Positions 59,652 through 64,000 of a stretch of 64,000 bases of DNA are shown in pieces. The notes beneath the pieces are model-generated. The model searched no databases and was not told the origin of the DNA. It was given only the letters and a program-made list of their open reading frames with translations. Origin of the DNA: Anaeromyxobacteraceae bacterium (GTDB lineage: Bacteria; Myxococcota; Myxococcia; Myxococcales; Anaeromyxobacteraceae); the NCBI GenBank assembly GCA_047602405.1, contig JASGHJ010000002.1:2688001-2752000 (forward strand), given 5' to 3'. The number at the start of each line of letters is the position of its first letter. Positions within the stretch are counted from its first letter, which is position 1. The position numbers and the translations under genes were made by a program.

Positions 59652-60379
59652 CCCAGCCCCTCCTCGGATCCGATGGCCGCCACGAACGCGTCCTCCAGGC
59701 TCTCCTTGCCCGTCGCCCGGCGCAGCTCCTCCGGCGTGCCCTGCGCCACCACCTCGCCCCGCGCGATCACCACCACCCGGTCGCACAGGAGCGCGACCTC
59801 CTGCATCACGTGCGACGAGAACAGCACGCAGCGCCCCTCGTCGCGCAGCCGCTTCAGGAGCGCCCGCACAGCGCGGGTCGCCCCGACGTCGAGGCCGTTC
59901 GTGGGCTCGTCGAGCACCACGTTCCTCGGGTCGTGCACGAGCGCGCGCGCGAGCGCCACCTTCACCCGCTGCCCCTGCGAGAACCCGTCGGTGCGGCGGT
60001 CGGCGATCTCCTTCATGTCGAGGAGCGCGAGCACCTCCTCCACGCGCTTCTCGAGCGGCGCGCCCTCCATTCCCTGCAGCTCGGCGAAGTAGCGCACGTG
60101 CTCGCGCGCCGTGAGGCGCGGGTAGAGCCCCTGCGCGTGCGGCAGCACGCCGAGCCGCTTCTGCGCGGCGATGCGGTCGGCCGCGAGATCCAGGCCGTCG
60201 ACGGTCGCGCGGCCCTCGTCGGGCGCGAGCACGCCGTACAGCACGCGGAGCGCGGTGGTCTTCCCGGCCCCGTTCGGCCCGAGCAGGCCGGTCACCTGGC
60301 CGTCCGCGACCTCGAACGACACGCCCCGGAGCGCCTCCACCTTCCCGAACCGCTTCTTCACCCCCGCGAGCGCGATCAC
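59648..60379 (-). CDS. natA: ABC transporter ATP-binding protein (NatA-like)
   Basis: GPNGAGKTT, FSQGQ, LDEPTNGLD, FSSHVMQEV. Confidence 0.85.
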   Translation of the reverse strand: MIALAGVKKRFGKVEALRGVSFEVADGQVTGLLGPNGAGKTTALRVLYGVLAPDEGRATVDGLDLAADRIAAQKRLGVLPHAQGLYPRLTAREHVRYFAELQGMEGAPLEKRVEEVLALLDMKEIADRRTDGFSQGQRVKVALARALVHDPRNVVLDEPTNGLDVGATRAVRALLKRLRDEGRCVLFSSHVMQEVALLCDRVVVIARGEVVAQGTPEELRRATGKESLEDAFVAAIGSEEGLG

Positions 60380-61875
60380 GGCGAGCCTCCCTGCGCGTCG
60401 AGGAACGGCGGCGCGGCGCGCACGCGCTCGAGGCAGCCGGTGTCGAGCCCGTCCGCGGTCCCCGCCTCGAGGAACGCCGCGGCGACGCGGGGCATGCAGC
60501 CCCGGAAGAAGACGCCGTGCCCCTGGCCGGGCAGGACGAGGTGCTTCGCCCTGGGCAGGTCCTGCGCCGCGAGCTCGGCCCAGCGCGGCGGCGTCACGGG
60601 GTCGGCCTCCCCGGACATGAGGAGCGCCGGCGCCTGGATCTTCACCGTCCGGCGGAAGACCGCGTCGTCCACCGGCTTCACCGGCCAGCTGGCGCAGAGG
60701 TTCAGGAACTGGTCGCGCACCCTCGCGCCGAACCAGCCGCCGCCCGCGGGCGGCGCCTTCTCGTAGAAGGGGATGTCCTCCTTGCAGATCACCGAGAGCT
60801 GCATGGCCCGGGCGATGGTCGTCTCGATGTCGCCGGAGACGATCTGGACCGCGCCCGCGAGCGGCACGAAGTCGCCGCCCGCCGCGGCGTGGACGAGCGG
60901 CGGGAGGAGCGCGACCGTCTCGCCGGTGTAGGCGAAGGAGAAGAGGACCTGCCGGAGCTCGTCGGCGCCGAACGAGCGCGGCTTCGGCTCGTTCGTGAGC
61001 GCGTCGCGGACCTCCACCTTCACCGGGGCGGCGGCGAGCCTCGCGAGGAGCCCCTCGACGTCCTTGCGGAGGTCGGGGAAGCGCGCCTTGCAGCCGGGCT
61101 CGGCGGCGCAGCGCCCGACGAGCTTCTCGATCGCGGCCTGCCCGTCGGGCTCGAAGGTGTCGCCGATCTTCATCGACATCGGCGCGACGCCATCCAGGAC
61201 GAGCGCGCGGACCCGGTCGGGGAACTCCCGCGCGTAGACCTGGGCGGCGCGGGTGCCGTAGGAGAAGCCCACGAGGTCGACCTTCTCGTACCCGAGCGCG
61301 GCGCGGACCCGCTCGAGGTCGCGCACGAAGGTGACGGTGTCGTAGGCGTCGAGGTCGGTGCGCTTCGCGAGCGCGGCGGCGCACGCGCCCACCACCCGGC
61401 GCTGCTCCTCCGGCGAGAGCGGCCGGCCCACCGCGGGCTGCGGCACCTCCGGGCACTCGAGCTTGCCCGAGCCGCCGGTGCCGCGCTGGTCGACGAGCAC
61501 GACGTCGCGCTTGCGCTGGATGCGCTGGAACGCCTTCGCGAGCTGCGGGTAGACCTCGGTCGCGGCCTGGCCGGGGCCGCCCGCGAGCACGAAGACGGCG
61601 TCGGGCGCGGGGGAGCCCTCCGCCCCGGCCACCGCCACACGGAGCGTCAGGGTGCGCGCGCCCGCGGGGACCGCCTCGCCCGGCGCGGGCTCGACGAGCG
61701 GCACGTCCAGGGTGCCGCAGCGGGCGGCGACGCGCTGGGCGCCGAAGCCGGGCGGGGAGAGCTGACACGGTGCGAGCTCGATGCCTCGGCGCGGCGGCGC
61801 CGCGCGGGCCGTGGAGCCGAGGGCCAGCGCGGCGAGCGTCGCGAGCACGCCAGGGAGCGTTCTCATGCGGCGCAT
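60376..61875 (-). CDS. Exported alpha/beta hydrolase (TAP-like peptidase)
   Basis: Signal peptide; LAGGPG, DQRGTG, GFSYG nucleophile, DPVTP, GHG. Confidence 0.85.
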   Translation of the reverse strand: MRRMRTLPGVLATLAALALGSTARAAPPRRGIELAPCQLSPPGFGAQRVAARCGTLDVPLVEPAPGEAVPAGARTLTLRVAVAGAEGSPAPDAVFVLAGGPGQAATEVYPQLAKAFQRIQRKRDVVLVDQRGTGGSGKLECPEVPQPAVGRPLSPEEQRRVVGACAAALAKRTDLDAYDTVTFVRDLERVRAALGYEKVDLVGFSYGTRAAQVYAREFPDRVRALVLDGVAPMSMKIGDTFEPDGQAAIEKLVGRCAAEPGCKARFPDLRKDVEGLLARLAAAPVKVEVRDALTNEPKPRSFGADELRQVLFSFAYTGETVALLPPLVHAAAGGDFVPLAGAVQIVSGDIETTIARAMQLSVICKEDIPFYEKAPPAGGGWFGARVRDQFLNLCASWPVKPVDDAVFRRTVKIQAPALLMSGEADPVTPPRWAELAAQDLPRAKHLVLPGQGHGVFFRGCMPRVAAAFLEAGTADGLDTGCLERVRAAPPFLDAQGGSP

Positions 61876-62006
61876 TCAACCACCCGCGCCGCGCGCGGCA
61901 AGGGAAACACGACGGGTGACGTGTCGATTCTAGAAGAGTTGCGTCGTCCCTGCGGTTTTCTCTCGGTGCGACCCGCCGCCGCAATTCACGGTGCGTCCGC
62001 GCCCGC

Positions 62007-63190
62007 TCACTCCCGGGGGATGCCCACCTGCGCGCGCAGCTCGACGGGCTCGCCGGCGAACGACGGGAACGTCGTGCGGGCGACGGTGCGGCGCAGGCAG
62101 GAGGCGATCTCGGTCGGCTCGAGCGCGGGGTCGTCCACCCGCGCGGTCGCGGCGCCGGTGCCGGCGACCTTCACGAGGAGCAGCGCGGAGCGCCCCTGCC
62201 ACGCGGCGCCGCCCGCCGAGGTCGCGGCGTAGTCGAAGCACGCATCGAGCGCCGCGCGCCGGCCGTCGAGCACGCGCGAGAGCTCGGTGGGGTCGGGGAG
62301 GCCGGTGCGGACGGGGGCGTCCTGCTTGCGCAGGAGCGTCGCCGCGAGGCCGGGGTCGACCGCGGTCGGCGCGGCCGGCGCCGGGACCTTGCCGCCCTGG
62401 CCCTCGAACGCGACGCGGGCGCTCGTCGGCGGCGGCGCGGGAGCCGGTGCCGGAGGGGGGCGCGCCGCGGGCTTCGCGGCGGGTCGCGGGCGGGCGGCGG
62501 ACGGCGGCGCGGCGGCGACGGGGACGGGGCCGGCCGCGGGTCTCGCGACCGCTCCGGTCGGCATCGGGTAGGCGGGGTACTGGGCTGGAGCAGGAGCGGG
62601 AGCTGGAACCGGTGCAGGTGCAGCGACGGCGGATGACGCTCCCCCTCCTGGTCCTGATCGTGAACCGGACCCTGCTCCGGATCCCGCCGAAGCCGCCCGG
62701 AACAGCAGCCCGACGATGAGCAGCAGCACGGCGGCGGCGGCCGAGGTGATGGCGAGCGTCAAGCGCCGCTCGCGCGCGGCCTGCTTGCGCCGCTGGAAGA
62801 GCGGCAGCTCGTCCGAGAGCCCGAGGTCGATCGGGATCTCCTCGGTCCCGTAGTCCGGGGGGACCGCCTGGGCCGACGCCGGCGGAGGGACCTCGCGCGG
62901 GAGCGGCGGCGGGGCGACGGCGCGCGCGGCCGGGCCCGGCGCGGGACCCGGGAGCGGAGCCGGGCCGGCCTCCACCGGCGGCACGACGTCGAGCGGGAGC
63001 TCGAGGGACGGCATCGCCCCGGCGTCCCGCGGTGCGCCGGCGTCGAAGCCGTCGGGCGCCTCCCACGGGACCGGGGCCTGGACCGTCAGGAGGGTCCCAC
63101 ACCGGCCACAGCGGATTTGTAGACGCGGCCCGGGAACGGCTCGTCCACGCTGGCGAAGCGTTTGCCGCAGCTGTGGCAGACGAACTTCAC
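62007..63190 (-). CDS. Zinc-ribbon/TM/AgmX-PglI-like C-terminal domain protein (frameshift near 63117)
   Basis: MKFVCHSCGKRF...(shift)IRCGRCG; Pro/Ala linkers; single TM; C-terminal two-Cys TonB-C-like domain ending FPSFAGEPV. Confidence 0.6.
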
Positions 63191-63300
63191 GGGAGGGTCG
63201 AACGTACCGCGCCCCGCGCCCGGGATCGAGTGTGCTAGAGTCCCTCCCTCGGGGTCCCGGTCGGGTGACGGGACAGGGCGGAAGTCGCGCCGCGGGCTTC

Positions 63301-64000
63301 ATGGGAAGGGTGGCGGGTCGGATGGGCGGGTCCCAGGTCTCCACAGGCGCAGCCGTCTCCTCGCGTGCACGCGCCCCCCGCGCGTCGCTCACGCCGTTCC
63401 ACCAGCGCATCGCCGCGGAGGCGCTCACCGCGCGCTCGGGCGCCGGCGCCTCCCGGCTCGCCCCCGCCCTCGCCCACTCCTCCGTCGACCTCAACCCGCA
63501 CCAGATCGAGGCGGCCGCGTTCGCCCTCGCCGCCCTGCCCACCGGCGGCGCCGTGCTCGCCGACGAGGTCGGCCTCGGCAAGACCATCGAGGCGGGCATG
63601 GTGCTCGCCCAGCTCGCCGCGGAGGGCAAGGGGCGCGCGATCATCCTCGTGCCCTCCTCGCTGCGCGCGCAGTGGCGGGACGAGCTCTCCTCGAAGTTCG
63701 GCCTCGACTCCGACGTCATCGACGGCGACTCGGTGCGCGCGGCGGCGAAGGCCGGGCACCGCCTCAACCCGTTCGACACCGGGCGCATCGTCATCTGCTC
63801 GCACCCGTTCGCGGCGATGCACGCGACCGAGATCGAGCGCATCCCCTGGGACGTCGCGGTCATCGACGAGGCCCACCGCCTGCGCAACGCCTACCGGCGC
63901 GACCACCGCACCGGCCAGGCGCTCAGGAAGGCGCTGAGGAAGTGCCCGAAGCTCCTCCTCACTGCCACCCCGCTCCAGAACGATCTCATGGAGCTCCTCG
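63301..64000 (+). CDS. SNF2/RapA-family helicase (truncated by window end)
   Basis: LNPHQIEA, LADEVGLGKTIEAG, ILVP...QW, IDEAHRLRN, LLLTATPLQN. Confidence 0.9.
   Translation, partial: MGRVAGRMGGSQVSTGAAVSSRARAPRASLTPFHQRIAAEALTARSGAGASRLAPALAHSSVDLNPHQIEAAAFALAALPTGGAVLADEVGLGKTIEAGMVLAQLAAEGKGRAIILVPSSLRAQWRDELSSKFGLDSDVIDGDSVRAAAKAGHRLNPFDTGRIVICSHPFAAMHATEIERIPWDVAVIDEAHRLRNAYRRDHRTGQALRKALRKCPKLLLTATPLQNDLMELL

Noticed and set aside
61880..62006. c-di-GMP-like riboswitch in the A/T-richer leader of the hydrolase-natAB genes
   Set aside because: Only loose resemblance (AAACC...GACGCAA on the minus strand); the required stems could not be built.

Overview
Very GC-rich bacterial chromosomal segment. 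Gene content and order suggest Myxococcota, probably Anaeromyxobacter-like (inference). Most of it is housekeeping: nrdJ, tatA, truD, otsA, ccsA-hemA-hemC-hemD, trxA, mreC-mreD-mrdA-rodA, ppiD-maf-yggS, fbaB, addB-addA, queD, thiE, a thiS-thiG fusion, a MoxR/DUF58 cluster, an S46 peptidase, natAB-like ABC genes and the start of a SNF2 helicase. The standout is a ~2.67 kb mobile element (13496-16165). It has 15-bp terminal inverted repeats and sits in a C(TA)G site at the hemD stop codon. It carries an intact, large (646 aa) TnpB/Cas12-like RuvC nuclease gene divergent from a decayed IS5-family DDE transposase, which is not the canonical TnpB partner. A second unexplained signal is a pair of ~102-bp non-coding repeats at 57629-57959, 229 bp apart and ~75% identical, with compensatory stem changes and a conserved cUUCGg loop. 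Several REP-like hairpin families are present. At least six single-base indels in otherwise normal genes suggest sequencing or assembly error. No CRISPR array, tRNA or rRNA was seen.
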